DNA of 62,899 nt, the filler included, from Sphacelaria rigidula (Eukaryota), in the NCBI GenBank assembly GCA_964200075.2. It is 7 parts of 7 records of this genome, joined end to end, with 100 filler letters (N's around TTAATTAATTAA, not from the genome) between each part and the next. Parts side by side here need not be neighbours in the genome. Positions count along the whole stretch, not along the records: positions 1 to 8,902 come from CAXNAA020009797.1; positions 9,003 to 17,903 come from CAXNAA020009798.1; 5 more parts are not named here. One strand, written 5' to 3'. Position 1 is the first letter of the stretch. Every line of letters begins with the position of its first letter. Below the pieces are notes generated by a model that made no database searches, was not told where the DNA came from, and worked only from the letters and a program-made list of their open reading frames with translations. Position numbers and translations under genes: made by a program. Positions 1 through 12,928 of the stretch are shown here, in pieces.

Positions 1-1065
1 AAGACCCTCCCCACGCCGTACCGACAAGACCGGTCATGGCCTTCGTCGGAGGACGGGGAACGGAGGACTATTGATGTATTTTCTACGTTCATCTGCACAT
101 TCCTCTATGCCACTAGCTGGTGGTGGAGGCTCGCGTGCAGCAGTATTCATGTGGATGCTGCCGTTTTACATCATCACAGTGTTGTGTGACTACACACCCG
201 TATATATGCATCCCCTTATGACTACCCCTTGCTTCATAACAAGCTCGTCTGCCCAAGGCCCCACATCAAAGAGACAACAATGTGACACCGCATGGTGAGA
301 TTCTGAATGAACCTGCCGGTTTTAGGTTTCTTACTGTGTGTTCTTCCGATTGGATGAGGGCTGATGCCCCATTCTTAGGCCGTGTCTTATCGAGACCAAA
401 AAACGAAGCGAGAAAACGAGCAAGCGCCCAAAACCAGCATGTCAAATAGTCGCCGCAACCGTGGACCCGTCCGGAGATCAATCAAATGCTGCTTCTAGAC
501 GCTTGTTCATTCTCCCATTTTTTTTCCACTCCATAAGACACGGCCTTATCGCCCCCGGAATCACTCGTGAAACGCAGTCATATTTGGTCTAGAAAAGCGT
601 GAGAAGGAAGAAACAATCACATGAGAACGCGATAGAGGCGGACGATCATTGCCACGAGCAGGCAGTTCTGCTCATGGGATGCACAGCGGACTTTCCCATA
701 ATGCGTGTTCAGACCGTATGCTTTGAGGACTGCACCAGAGTTTGAACACCCCGGGACCGCTGGAATCTAATGGGAGCAGGGACCGCGCCCTGAGCACACT
801 GGAGCCGCGTATTTGTCGAGCCGGGGGTAGCGGAGCCAGGCGAGGTGACTGGAGCGACACGGTGACGATGCAGTGTGCCCCGAAAGGGAGAAGAGCAAGG
901 ATTTCAAAACTATACAGATGGGCATTTGGCTACCCCCTGTGGTGACCCTGTAGTGACCTTGTACAGGGCATTTAACCCTGCCAGTGTGGCGTGACAGGAC
1001 CGCGTCGGTATAAATACCTTGACAGGGTTTGACGGTGATCCCTTGTACATTTCGAGGCCTTATTC

Positions 1066-1690
1066 AGGGTAGTGTTTTAATTCCTTGCGGAAGCGTCGAC
1101 CTTGACAGGGTGATGTTCCCATACCCTGGGCAAGCATCCACGTTCCCAAGGTAATGTTCCGACACCTTGAACATTCCGATACCTTCTATAGGGTAGTGTT
1201 TTAATACCTTGCGGGAGCGTCGACCTTGACAGGGTGATGTTCTCATACCCTGGGCAAGCATCCACGTTGCCAAGGTGATGTTCCTACACCTCGAACATTC
1301 CGATACCTTCTACAGGGTAGTGTTTCAATACCTTGCGGGAGCGTCGACCTTGCCAGGTTGATGTTCCCATACCCTGGGCAAGCATCCACATTCCCAAGGT
1401 GATGTTCCGACACCTTGAACATTCCGATACCTTCTACAGGGTAGTGTTTCAATACCTTGCGGAAGGGTCGACCTTGACAGAATGATGTTTTTATACCCTG
1501 GGCAAGCATCCACTTTAGCAAGGCTATGTTTCGACACCTCGTACAATGAGCCACCTCGACCGGGTAATGTTTCGGTACCTTGTGCCAAGGCTTACCTTGA
1601 TAAGGTAGTGTTTCGATACCCTGGGTAAGCACCGATCTCGGCAGGGTACTGTTTCGAAACGTCGCGCGAGGATCCAAGTCGTGCCAAGGC
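1066..1690. repeat. Higher-order tandem repeat: 124-bp unit made of three ~41-bp monomers, about 4 copies, then degenerating
   Basis: AGGGTAGTGTTT starts at 1066, 1190, 1314 and 1438 (period 124). Each unit has three related AGGGT/AAGGT...ACC(C/T)TG monomers. Confidence 0.9.
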
Positions 1691-4600
1691 GTCAACATCC
1701 GCCTAGCCCTCTTTTCAGGCGTAAAATGACGGACAAGGGCCAAAAGGGCAGCTTTGAACAGAAATTTTGAACAGATCCAATTCGAGTCGGTCTAGATCAA
1801 ACCAACGGGTGAGGCCTCTCGGGTTTTCCTCGCTGACATGTCGCAACCAGCTACACACGTTTGTTAGAAAATGTCCGTGAACGGTTTTTTGGCGCGTGGT
1901 CACGAAGGCTGACGCCAGTGGCAGTTCAGCCAAGCGGGCAGATATTCAGCGCTAGGAGTGTAGACAGAATATAGTGTCACAGAGGTACCGCTTGTGGGCA
2001 AGACAGTCCAGAACAACCCGAGGAAGACAAACAAAGGGAGGCTACCGGGCATCTTTCCCACTGGAGACCGAGATATCAGAAGTAGTACCGGCGATTTACA
2101 ATTCTATTCTATCCACCGTTGTACTTGTCCGACGATCGCATACAAAACAACACGTTACGAAGCCTTGACTGAATGAGTTCCAAAGCGATTTTTCCTAACA
2201 ATGTTACACAAGATTTATGATATTACAGGACGGTGAAAACGTACAACTTGACAAAAAGAGCGCCACTCACATGTCGGATGTACAACAATATGACAGATCT
2301 TGCAGCATCTATTTCGTCGAAAATGACCGAGCCCTCAGTTGTGCCGAAGCTCTGTGTAGGCTCGCTATCGCACAAGAATTCTGAGCATTCTTATGACCTA
2401 GCTATGGGGATAGGCCAAGCCGCTGTACGCAGCTAGTTCTCTCCGGCGAATTTCTCCCGAGCGATGACGGTGGGATGAGAGCAGCTGGAGCACAGCGTCA
2501 ACCACAATGTATGCGCATACATGCATGTTTGCGGAAAACAGATGTGTACAGTACGCACCGCTTGTACGAGCAGTACAGTATATAACCGTACAAGCTGCTC
2601 GTGGTCCGAACTGTTGTACGGGCTCACGAAACTTGTTAGGTATACAGCACGCGCATCGCGTGAACTCCAACTGAGCCCGCTGCTGAAAAGCTTCGCCCCT
2701 GTGCGATTGGCAGCATCTTGAAAATTTACCAACCACCATAGGATGCATCCGATACCGGGCTTGACGCGTCCTCATAGAACAAGTCGCGGCACAGTTATAG
2801 GTGCGCCTGACCCCACAAAATGGGCAAAAACGTGTCACAGACCAAAATCACGGGCATATCGACTTTTGGGGCTTATCCAGGCTCTTCGGGTAAAATATGC
2901 CTGATGTCATCGGAAGAGAACGGCATGGATCCAAAATTCCCATTCCAAAATCAGAACCCTGCCGTTACTTCCGTTGTTCGTCATATACTGCATGCCACTG
3001 CCTCGCTTTTCGTCCGCGCTTGCGATGCGCTGGAATGCCTGAAGGCTAGTTGGGTTGACCCAAGCCAACGCACACCGAGAACCCTCGGACAAGAGCAGTA
3101 CACACATTCCCTAAACAAAGTGAGGTCTTGGTAGACCCCAAACCGGCGCCTGTGGCGCCGATTTCAACGAAAACGTTTTCTGCGCACACGAGGAGCACAC
3201 GGCGGGACGGTCAGTCCTACTTGAATTCCGATTCTCGCTGTACACACTCAAATAAAGTAATACCAACCATAAACATTTGGAGACAGACGCCGGATATTGA
3301 AACGAGAACGCTGAACCATTTGTTTTTGGGAACGCGGATCGAATCGGCGAACCACATGTGCTCAACATGCGACAGAGCCATATGTACTGATGAACTTGAA
3401 CGAGGACGGCCCCAACACAGACGAGTGGACTACAGTCGCCGGGTGTGTGATATGGGCTGAGCGAATGTTGGTCGACCTCCTCGTCATGTGTCGAGGTGCT
3501 TGCTTTATCGGATCTCATCGTTCCATAATTTTAGCGGATGAAATACTCGCCTTGTGCAAGTGTATTTGTTGTTCCGTGGGCATGGCTTTTCATTTCATGA
3601 ATATGCAGACTCCAAATATCGTGTTCCAAGAGGGCATGGACTCCAAAGATATTGTATTTCAAGAGGGAATGAAAACAAACCGCCGCCCGTTACCCACCAG
3701 TACAGATATAACAGACGCGTGTCTTAGGACGGGTGGGTGCACTGAAAGACTTAGATGGGGCTTTGGTGCCATGTGGCTTCAGTAAACGTGGGCCGACAAC
3801 TTTATGCTGTCTTTTGTGTCGCCTTGACACAGTATAGTTGACCATTCGGGAGGGCAATTTGGTTCATATTGACTTTAGTGTAGACACCGAAATCCGGATC
3901 TTTCATGAGGGATGTGCTCCTGCCATCCTCCTAGCGTGACCACAACGCGGTTTTGTGTAAACCGGGGCCTGGGGTGCCGATTTGAGGTCTGGCAACGCAC
4001 ACGTCGCCCAGGGGACATGTTGCACCCGCCTTGCCCGAGGTTCTCGGTATGCCTTCGTGGTGGTTAGGGTTAGTGTGAATGTTATAATTTGTTCGCTTCG
4101 CTGCTGCAAGGTCACGAAGATGATTCTTGCTTTCGTTGGTGCGACTCATTATTTTCATGACGACTGTTGGAGTGTGTTTGCCATTGCGGATACTGCTCTC
4201 TCGTCTTCAACGCCAGCTTGCTCTGTGCCTTACTTTTCTCCTTCAGTTCAGAATTGCCCATTCTTGCCGCCAGGTGAGGTTGAATACTAAGCTACGTTAT
4301 TGATGGTGGCGTGGTGATGGCACCGGGTGCAGGAGAACGAGTACTACTCTTGCCACTATCAAGAGCGATGCACAGATAATGTCTCGCAGACACGGAAGCT
4401 TCAAATTCTACACCTGTCGAAGATTCCACACATCAGATGTATCAGCCATCTGCACTATGAAGAGTCATTCATGGGTGTCATCTATTTTAAGGCCGTTAGA
4501 CAGGAGTGAGGTTTTCGCGTTTTGTGGAAACCGGCGAGAGTTGGAGGCGCATGTTTGCAATCATAGCCCAACCTGTTTCAGAAAATACTCATCGCCAAGG

Positions 4601-5154
4601 CCATCGATTGGGATACGACTTTTTGCATCATCTGCGCCAAGACGACAGCTACAATTGGACACGAAAAATGTTTTTATTTCATAAGGATGTGATTATTGCA
4701 ATATATCAAGTGAAAAAATACATGGGTTTTTCTCGATTTTCTCGATCACCGTAACTTCTTTGGTTAAACCATCAGCTTAGATTGTAGCTTCCACAAATAC
4801 ACGCCGGTGAGTAGCCGAGCCACGCCGTGACTCGTACTGCGGAACGAGAAAGCTTCGAAGCTGTGAAATGGAAACCCTACTCAAATCAGAAGTACTTTGA
4901 GGGATTTTACGGCGTGCATAGTCAGGGGATGAACGAGATCTCCGGTCTGTTCGTGCTTTTGGTCGGTGACACTTTTTTGGCTCATTTTGGGGGGTCAGGC
5001 ACCCATATAACCGTAGTAGTAGATTTCATTGTATTGAACTGTATTACGTGTACGAATCGTGCTTTTTGGAGCTGCATAAAATCCAGGGGTCTACGAGCTG
5101 GGGCAGCAGTAAATCCTGCATTCGCTGTCCACACCACAACTTCTCAAGTCCTCC

Positions 5155-5390
5155 ACATCAGCGCGACATGAGCATATATCTGCGAAGTGCAGACCAACCC
5201 GGTAACACACAGCACCGCCGTTGAATGAAGAAAAAGAGTGAAGAAAAATGTACAGCGTAATATATGACCCTAACGACGGATGAAAACAAAAAAGAGAATC
5301 TGTCGGGATTCGAACTCATGACCTCCATATACTCTCCTGTATCACCTGAATTAGAGGAGCGCCACCGTGTCACACGAAAAATGCGATGCC
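5155..5390 (-). mobile_element. Putative tRNA-derived SINE, family A (second copy ~37360-37600)
   Basis: Minus strand has a B-box-like GTTCGAATCC near 5305-5315. It is colinear with 37360-37600 (TGCAGACCAA...GGATTCGAA...TGAATTA). Confidence 0.5.
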
Positions 5391-5620
5391 GCGCCCACTT
5401 GTTGTCGCCGACACTTCACCAGAATGTCTTTGACGCGAGCACCCGTATGTGTTGGAGCCTTGTCGTCGTTATTATCATTTTTGAAGTAAGTGGGCCGCGC
5501 CCCGGTGGTGTAATGATCCGACTGTCGCCATTAGGGTGGAGAGAATGCCAATCGGAGAATCCTGTCCTCTCATATGGGTTGTTGATGATGTCCTTAGTCG
5601 GTGGCTCTGCGTTGCCCACC

Positions 5621-6042
5621 AAGAGCCTGGATCCGTTTTTGAGGTTCAAGATTATAATGAGTTTCAACTCGGAAACAGTGCTTTCTCTGACCTGAAGTCA
5701 TGACCACTGAATTTCATATGGACGACCTCATTCATGCCCCTCGATCTCCTTGGAACTATTTTGGGGGGTTGCCCGTCTTCCGTGCCCCCAAGGTGTATAT
5801 GCAACAATTTTGGACTAAAAACGTCCCGTTTTTCGCCCCGATATGTAGGCGAAAAAGTGCTTTCGCATATACGATTTGGGGGTACGGAAGACGGGCAACT
5901 CCCCAGAATAGTTCCAAGGAAATCGGGGGGCATGAGGTCGTCAATATGAAATTCCTTGGTCATGACTTAAGGTCCGGGAAAGCACTGTCTTCGAGTTGAA
6001 ACTCATCAAAATGTTGAATCTTGACAACGGATCCAGGCTGTT
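5621..6042. mobile_element. Foldback MITE with long (~175 bp) terminal inverted arms
   Basis: Ends are AAGAGCCTGGATCC...GGATCCAGGCTGTT and the arms pair nearly to the centre. Related copies at 11050-11475 and 28942-29071. Confidence 0.85.
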
Positions 6043-6408
6043 CATTGGTGTGTGTCTGCATCTATTCTGCTGCCCTGTTTCCCTTGGGCCTTTTCCTTTT
6101 CTTTTCTTTCCGTCGTTGTATTGTTTTCCTTATTTGATTCGCTCTGTACGTTCCCCTTCTTTGCTTTTTTTCTTGTTTTTTCGGTCGGCCCTTTCTTTCT
6201 GTGCTTTGCTTGTGTTGACTTTTGTTTCATTCTTCTTGTTTTGTTACACGACTTTGCGACGTCGTTCTGTTCGATCCTTTTTTCATTCTTTCATTCCTTC
6301 TTTTTCTCGGAGCGTGTTTCAGTGTCGTTTTTCTTGGGGACGTCTATCATCAGACCACGGCTGGACCCCTGGGGGGTCAGATTAAGTGCGACAATCAGTC
6401 AATCAATG
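6043..6408 (+). mobile_element. Retroposon 3' end with (CAAT)n tail
   Basis: A pyrimidine-rich body is followed by GACGTCTATCAT...CTGGACCCCTGGGGGGTCAG...GACAATCAGTCAATCAAT. The same end occurs at ~46760-46915 (-) and ~49100-49305 (+). Confidence 0.65.
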
Positions 6409-6419
6409 TGTCATGAGCC

Positions 6420-8690
6420 TTTTGCAAGTCCAGAAAGTAACAGTACTTTGTAAACATAGCGTCTTTCCTGCCTTGAATAATCTTACCTAGTGTGTACACA
6501 TGATCTTCGCAACTACGGTTCGGTCTGAAACCTGCTCGTCCCTCTCGCTGATGCTTTCGTCATTTTCTAGCATATTCCCACTCCATCAAACAGAATCGTA
6601 TAAAACGCTTTCCCTACCGTGCTCAGTAGCGTCGTCCCTCTATGGTTCCGTGCCTTGTCTCTTTTTTTGAACATTTTGACTACTGCTCCTTCTCTCCACC
6701 TCTTGGGTGTGTACTCGTTTTCCCAGATCCAGTTATACACCATGACCATCATGGTAGTCATTCCTCCCCCTCAATGCTTCAGAAATTCATTCATTATTCT
6801 GTCTGCCCCTGCTGCCTTTCTGTTCTCAAGTTTAGCTACGCACTCCTTCACTCCATCTCTGGTAAAATGTCTCTGCAATCCTTTTTAGCCTCCATCCTCC
6901 CGTTTTGACGTCTCTACATCTGCTTCTGCCCACTCGTTGATCTCTTTTTCGAATTCCGTGTCAAGCTCCGTGACAGTTTTTGGTGTTTTGAGTTTACGGT
7001 AGTGCTCGACTGGCACTTCTCTCGTACCCTTGGAACTGTTGACCAGTTTACCGTTCTGTGCCCGGAGTATGGCTATCTCCTTGCCTGTCTATCCTGCCTT
7101 GTTTTCCATGATCCCTCCTATCCCTACCTACAGTTGTTTCATCCCGCCATCGAAATCTTCATTTTGTTTATTCCATACATCTTCCCACACTCCCGTCCTA
7201 TCCTTCTACGTCATATTATTTACTTCCTTCCAAGCTTTAGTATACTCGTCTCATTCTACCGTACTTTTGCTCGACACCCATCTCGCGTGGGCCTCTCTCC
7301 TTACTCTTGTAGCTTCTTGTGCTTTCGCATCCCACCATTTTACTGCTCTGTTGTATACGATCATCTTTCCTATGACTTTACTGGCTGTGTTTTTGACCAG
7401 CTGCTTCCATCCTTCTACAATCCTCGCTTCGACCCGATTTCTTTCCATTCCGGTATCAACCGTACCTACGCAATCCAACAGTCCAGAAAAATTCACTGCA
7501 TTTTTGGCCATCGCTTCTTGGAACCCTTCGTGTTTTTCTTCCATACCTCGTTTATCGATTCTCCATTTGTACAACTTCCTACCACGCCTATTTCTTTTGG
7601 CTCTCGTCTGTTGGCGTTCTGTCCATATTAGGCAATGATCTGTGGTTCCCACATCCTCCGCGCATACATATACTTCCATTTCTGTGCGATTTCTATGCTC
7701 TACCACTGCATAGTCAAGAACGGAGCGTTCTCTCTTTTTTCCTTTGCATTCCCTCGTCCATGTTCATTGCGCCCCTCGTTTCAGTACTACATCATTCAGC
7801 GTCTTCATCTCTCGATGCTCAAGGAACTTCAGCATTTCTACCCCATTCGAGTTCTTCTCATCTTGCCCGTACTGCCCAATGATGTCATCCGGTTATCTTG
7901 CTTTTTCTACCTTGTATTTAAATTTCCCACTCACAGTACTTCTCCTTGCCCTTTATATTCATATATATGTGCTGCTATCTCTCCAAACCTACGCTGAATA
8001 TCGTCCACCCCACTCGTCGGTCCTGGGGGCTTGCAGATGTTCCTTACGAAGAAGTCCTTCGCTCCCCGCTCTTGTCGAATTCCGTGTCATCCATCACTTC
8101 GTTAATGTTACACACGTATTCCTTGACTCTATTCCCCCCGCTCCCCTACTCTTGGACTTCCGTTCCTTCCGCTTCTTCCCTATACATGCTTACGCTTCAA
8201 CTTCTTATCCTATTTCCACCCCCTCCTTCTCCCATGACTCTTCGATTCATACTATATCTACGTCATGCCTCCGTACTCGTTCGACTATCTCTGTTTTTTT
8301 GCGCTCGTCTATGGCGAAGCCACACCCGTTTCACGATCCTATTCTCAACTTCCTGTCCGGATTATTAGCTGCTCTCTTGGTTTCTCCTATCCTGTTCCCG
8401 TGCCTTTTACTTCTACTTCACCTCACTTGATTGTTCTGCCCCTTCCCGGTTTGGTCTTTGTCTACTTGCTTCGGGCCGCTATTTCTCCTCCCCTTCCCCT
8501 TCCGGGCATTTACCTGTTTCTGCCTCTCTTTCCCTCCGTTTGCCCGTGCACTAGGTCTTAGGTTTGTTATTTCGTTAGCAGTACATACTCTCCATCCTTT
8601 ACTTCTAACGCCTGCCGACACCCTACGTGTCTCTATCCTTTAACACTCCTTGCTCGCGCTCTGTTTTATTGTGACTCGGAAGTGTTGACG
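6420..8690 (-). mobile_element. Degenerate LINE (APE endonuclease plus RT N-terminal region), 3'-truncated
   Basis: Minus-strand frames give an endonuclease-like start near 8300 (V-R-R-H-D-V-D-I-V...EESWEKEG), VGTTDHCLIW (SDH-like motif), and RT-start KRWREGAVVKMFKK...NHRGTTLLSTVGK. It has many stops and frameshifts and is homologous to 45070-47730. Confidence 0.85.
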
Positions 8691-8902
8691 TTTCCTGTTG
8701 CCAAACAGTCACAGCCACCGTAGGTAAGGTAGGTACCCGGTACCGGTATTTGGGACATCTCATACCCTACAGATACCGACCGAATCCGGTATTTTGAAAT
8801 CTCATGCCTACGATACCTGCGATACCAGGGTATTTCGAGATTTCAATACCTACCCTACCCGTCCAATCCAGTATTTTGAAATCCCATATCTACGATACCT
8901 GC

Positions 8903-9002
8903 NNNNNNNNNNNNNNNNNNNNNNNNNNNNNNNNNNNNNNNNNNNNTTAATTAATTAANNNNNNNNNNNNNNNNNNNNNNNNNNNNNNNNNNNNNNNNNN
9001 NN
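8903..9002. other. Artificial contig linker N44-TTAATTAATTAA-N44
   Basis: 100-bp spacer with a six-frame-stop core. Confidence 0.98.
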
Positions 9003-9519
9003 CCCGGCGCTGTCATGCGGAAGAACGTTCGGGGCCAGCGCTATTTGTAGAGACTCGACCGAGGCAACATTTCAGCTGAAGCCGATACCACTGCGTACGG
9101 CGCGCTCTGAAACATGGCGAGGGACGAGCACGGACGAGTACATGACGGTCGAACCCGCAGGCAACACTGACCGTTACTGCGTTTCGCGCTTTTCGATGCA
9201 TGACTGTGCAGCGGTACAGCATACGGACTACCTCGTGTGGGCTACACCGGGAAACTGGGGTACATTGGCTCGCACATTGGGAAATTTCAGCGTGCGCGTG
9301 TGGCAGCACGCATGGGAAACCTGGGATTGCGGGACTTCATGCTACGAGCACGCGCGACGGACTGACTAACCGCCTCTCATCCGCTCTTCCGCCTCTCATC
9401 CGCTCTTCCGGGCCAGTAGGAGGCAGGCCTTCCACAACGAACCGGACCTTGGCCTGCGCTACGCATAGTAAATTCAAAAGCTCACGGTTAAAAATATTGA
9501 CGAACAGAAACTAAGTAAG

Positions 9520-10370
9520 TAGCTCGTGGTGCAAAAAACAAATTACTCGAGCAAACGAGCCATCGCTCGTGGTGAAAAAAAATGAATAGCTTGAGCAGTC
9601 GAGTCATTGCCGCTCGTGGTTCAAAAATGTTCATGACCTGGGGAAACTAGTCATTGCTCGTGATTCAAAGAATGAACAGCTCGAGCACTCGAGTCATTGC
9701 TCGTGGGAACATTAAAAACAAATCTCGAGTACACGAGGCAGTGCTCGTGGTTCAAAAAATGAACAGCTCCAGTCATTGCTCGTGAGAAACAAATGTTACA
9801 CTCGAGTACACGAGTCACTGCGCGTGGTTAAACAAATCAGTAGCTTGAGCAGTCAAGTCATTACTCGTGGTGAAGAAATAGATGACTCCAGCCCACGCGT
9901 CACCGCTCGTGGTTCAAAAAATGAATGGCGCGAGCACACCAGTCATTGCTTGTGGTTGAAAAAAACAATGACTCAAGCACACGAGTCTGTGCTCGTGATT
10001 GGAAAAGTACATGACTCAAGTATACGAGTAAGTGCTCATGGTTGAAAATTCTCGTGGTCGTAAAAGTGAGATGACTGGTTGAAAAATTAAACGACTCGAG
10101 TAAAAGACTTACGGTTCGTAGTGAAAAAATGAATAGCTCGAGCAAACGGATCAATTCTCGTGGTGAAGAAAATAACTGACTCAAGCACTCGAGTGGCTTC
10201 TTACGGTGAAAACCAAAAATAGCTCGAGCACTCGAGTCCTTGCTCGTGGTGGAAAAATAAATGACTCGAGTGCTCGAGTCGTTGCTCGTGATGAAAAAAA
10301 TGAGTGACTCGAGGAAACGAGTCACGGTCGTTTCTTTCGAAATGAATCACTCAAGCATACGAGTCATCCT
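9520..10370. repeat. Tandem repeat, ~43-bp unit, about 20 copies
   Basis: GCTCGTG recurs at 9522, 9565, 9612, 9656, 9699 and onward. Consensus is close to GCTCGTGGTGAAAAAAATGAATAGCTCGAGCACTCGAGTCATT. Confidence 0.9.
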
Positions 10371-11049
10371 CGGTGTGTAAAAAAAAACAGTAACGAATGC
10401 ACTCGTTTCGACGTCGTCTCGGCCCACGTGCACTAGTATCCTAAACATTCACACCGAGTCAAGAAAGGAGGGGGGGCACTTTTTACATTAGTCCTCCCCC
10501 CCCCAAAAACAACAACAACAACGAAAAGTATCACGAAACAAATTTTCATACAGCGCCTGACGTTTCGCTTATATATATGGGTAACATCAGCAAGAACTAA
10601 TTCAGGCGTGGGAGTTCCCAGCTTCTCGTTGTGCTCGGTTTTGTCATTTCGATTCACCTGAAGATTTTGCCTCCCCAAACCAGGCACTTTTGAGGGGGAG
10701 GCTAGCGAAGAAAGTCTCGGGGACTATCACCGCACTCTACACACGTTCAACCTGAGAAGGGCATCTGGTCGGTCCTCTTCATTCTCCTGCGTCACATTTT
10801 TTGTTTATTCATATTTTTCATCATTTTTTCGGGTGAATTTTGTGGATAGAAAAACGTTGCTCTTGGACCTTACCTCAATCTCTCGAATTGTGATTTTAAC
10901 GAACATGGAGGAGGGCACCGACATCCTGAAAAAAAAGAGCCTCCACCTTCTTTTTGGGAGGGAGGTTCGGGCGTTCTCGGAAACAACGTTTTTTACCATA
11001 CTCAAACGTCCTAGACCAATAAAAATGAAAGAAAAACTGACCCACTTTT

Positions 11050-11475
11050 AACAGTGGATTCTCGAAAATGGGGTTAAAAAAAAATGAGATTCAACTCAAA
11101 AGCCGTGCTTTCCCTCACCTAAATTAATGACAAATGACTTTCATATGGACGGCTTCATCCCTCCCGATCTCCCTACAACTATTTCGGGGGGGTTCTAGTC
11201 TTCCGTTCTCCCACAGGGTATGTGCGAAAGCACACTTTTGCCTCGATTTCGGGGTGAAAAAAAGACATTTTTTGGCCCGACAATCGTGCTTTCGCGCATA
11301 CCCTTTGGGGGAACGGAAGGCTAGAATTCCCCCGAAATAGTTTTTGGCAGGTCGGGAGGGATGGGGTCCTCCATATGAAATTAAGTTTGTCGTGAATTTA
11401 GGTCAGGGAAAGCACGGCTTTTGGGTTGAACATCATTTATTTTTTGTTTCAACCCAATTCCAAGAATCCACTGTT
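11050..11475. mobile_element. Foldback MITE, related to 5621-6042
   Basis: Ends are AACAGTGGATTCT...AGAATCCACTGTT. It shares TTCAACTC, GTGCTTTC and TTTCATATGGACG motifs with the 5621 element. Confidence 0.85.
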
Positions 11476-12619
11476 CTTTCTTGCTTCATGTCCTAGCGAG
11501 GTCCCGCGCAAAATTCCAACACACAAGAACCAAACCTGGGTCGGTAAGTGGCACGCAATATACTGTTCCGAATTTCGATCGGCCCGGTTTTTAAACGGCC
11601 CATCTGCAGCTCAATTGTTTCAGTTAGACCTTCAAATTTGGCATGGACAGCGAATGGATCATGATACAAAAACGCATGCATTGACCCTAATCCTTGTTTT
11701 TCTTTCTTAGTTTTAGACAATAATCAGTTTTCAGGTTAAGTAAAATGCTGTGAATTCATGGAGAAAATGCTTCGGGTCCACGCATACATCTTTTGGATTG
11801 TAGCCTATGCATTGTCCATACCAAATTTTAAGGTCCAACGTGAAATAATAAGCTGCGAATGGGCCTACAATCTATAAATCCGCTTCTAGGCTGGCCCAAC
11901 TCGTATCGAGCACCACATTCAACAACCTAGCATGAATCGACCATTCTTTTTTCTTGAAAGCTATTAAAATCGGGGCATAATACCTACAAAGCAAGCACTG
12001 CTTTCGGTGAGATAAAGAGCATAAAATGACGACTACTCGAGGGTGATTAGGAGAGCCCTACATTGTGCGGCAGCACGAGAAGCTTCATCAGACGCCAGGC
12101 TTACCAAATGCTACCTCCCGAACTGAAAAAGATGGGGGCGCGTGGGTGGAGGGGCTCAGAGGGTATGGCGTGGAAAAACATACGAACTTCATTACCCCAC
12201 ATCAGTATTCCGCTGAAAAGCTTGAAAACCTATTTGTTGCAAATTGTTTGTGGTACCAGAAAAGAGGTTGCACATCTATGAGTACGGTAAAAAACGTTTG
12301 CTTCGATTCTGAAATGTTCGCTACACGGTCGTTTTCAGAGTTTTCGGTTCATTTGTGTCGTATCCACCGTCCTCTTCTTCGGCCACCTAGAGCTATTCCA
12401 CTCGGAAATTAGGCTAAACCTAAGACCGATACATCGCACACATGTACTCACACGGTAACACTCTGACGCCGAACCACAAGGATCAGCGACATTTTATGGG
12501 AGGAAATTGCACTTTACCAGTCACGGACTCACTTTTAGCATTCGCAAAGCTGGTACAAATTTGAAATTTTGCGGTGTGTCGAATTCAATTTTTTTGGTAA
12601 ACGAGAGGCAATCGTGCGT

Positions 12620-12928
12620 CTACTTGTAGCTGAACTCGCCTGGAGGAAGGTCTACAGCCGCAAGGTCTGCAGCAGCCAGGCTGGAGACTCCATCCGGGTC
12701 CGTGGGCGGGTCGATCTTCTCCCCGTTGTGGCCTTCCTCCCAGCTCAGTCTCCACCAACCTATGGCGGCATCGGCCTCTTCTCGTGTCTTGAATTTTTCG
12801 GAGTACACCACACGAGTCGACTTCTTCGTAGTTCGCGTGTAATGCAGCTTGAGCCGCCACTCTCCTCTACGCTTGTCGTGGACAAACTTAGGAACCGTGG
12901 TCTTCACCCACCGCATAGCGCCTGGCAT
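12620..12928 (-). CDS. Short ORF or exon with an AP2-like / integrase arm-type DNA-binding motif
   Basis: HDKRRGEWRLKLHYT...RVVYSEKFKTREEADAA resembles the three-strand + F-x-T-x-x-E-A helix pattern of AP2/Arm-DNA-bind domains. Recognised by eye only. Confidence 0.4.
   Translation of the reverse strand: MPGAMRWVKTTVPKFVHDKRRGEWRLKLHYTRTTKKSTRVVYSEKFKTREEADAAIGWWRLSWEEGHNGEKIDPPTDPDGVSSLAAADLAAVDLPPGEFSYK

Noticed and set aside
7002-8430. Several ~200-aa plus-strand ORFs
   Set aside because: They are antisense to the degenerate LINE and rich in F/S/L.
8947-8958. TTAATTAATTAA as a biological motif
   Set aside because: It sits in the centre of N runs six times, so it is a synthetic linker.
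9520-10370. CRISPR-like array
   Set aside because: The whole unit repeats with no unique spacers, there are no cas genes, and the context is eukaryotic. The same applies to 1066-1690 and 42340-43530.
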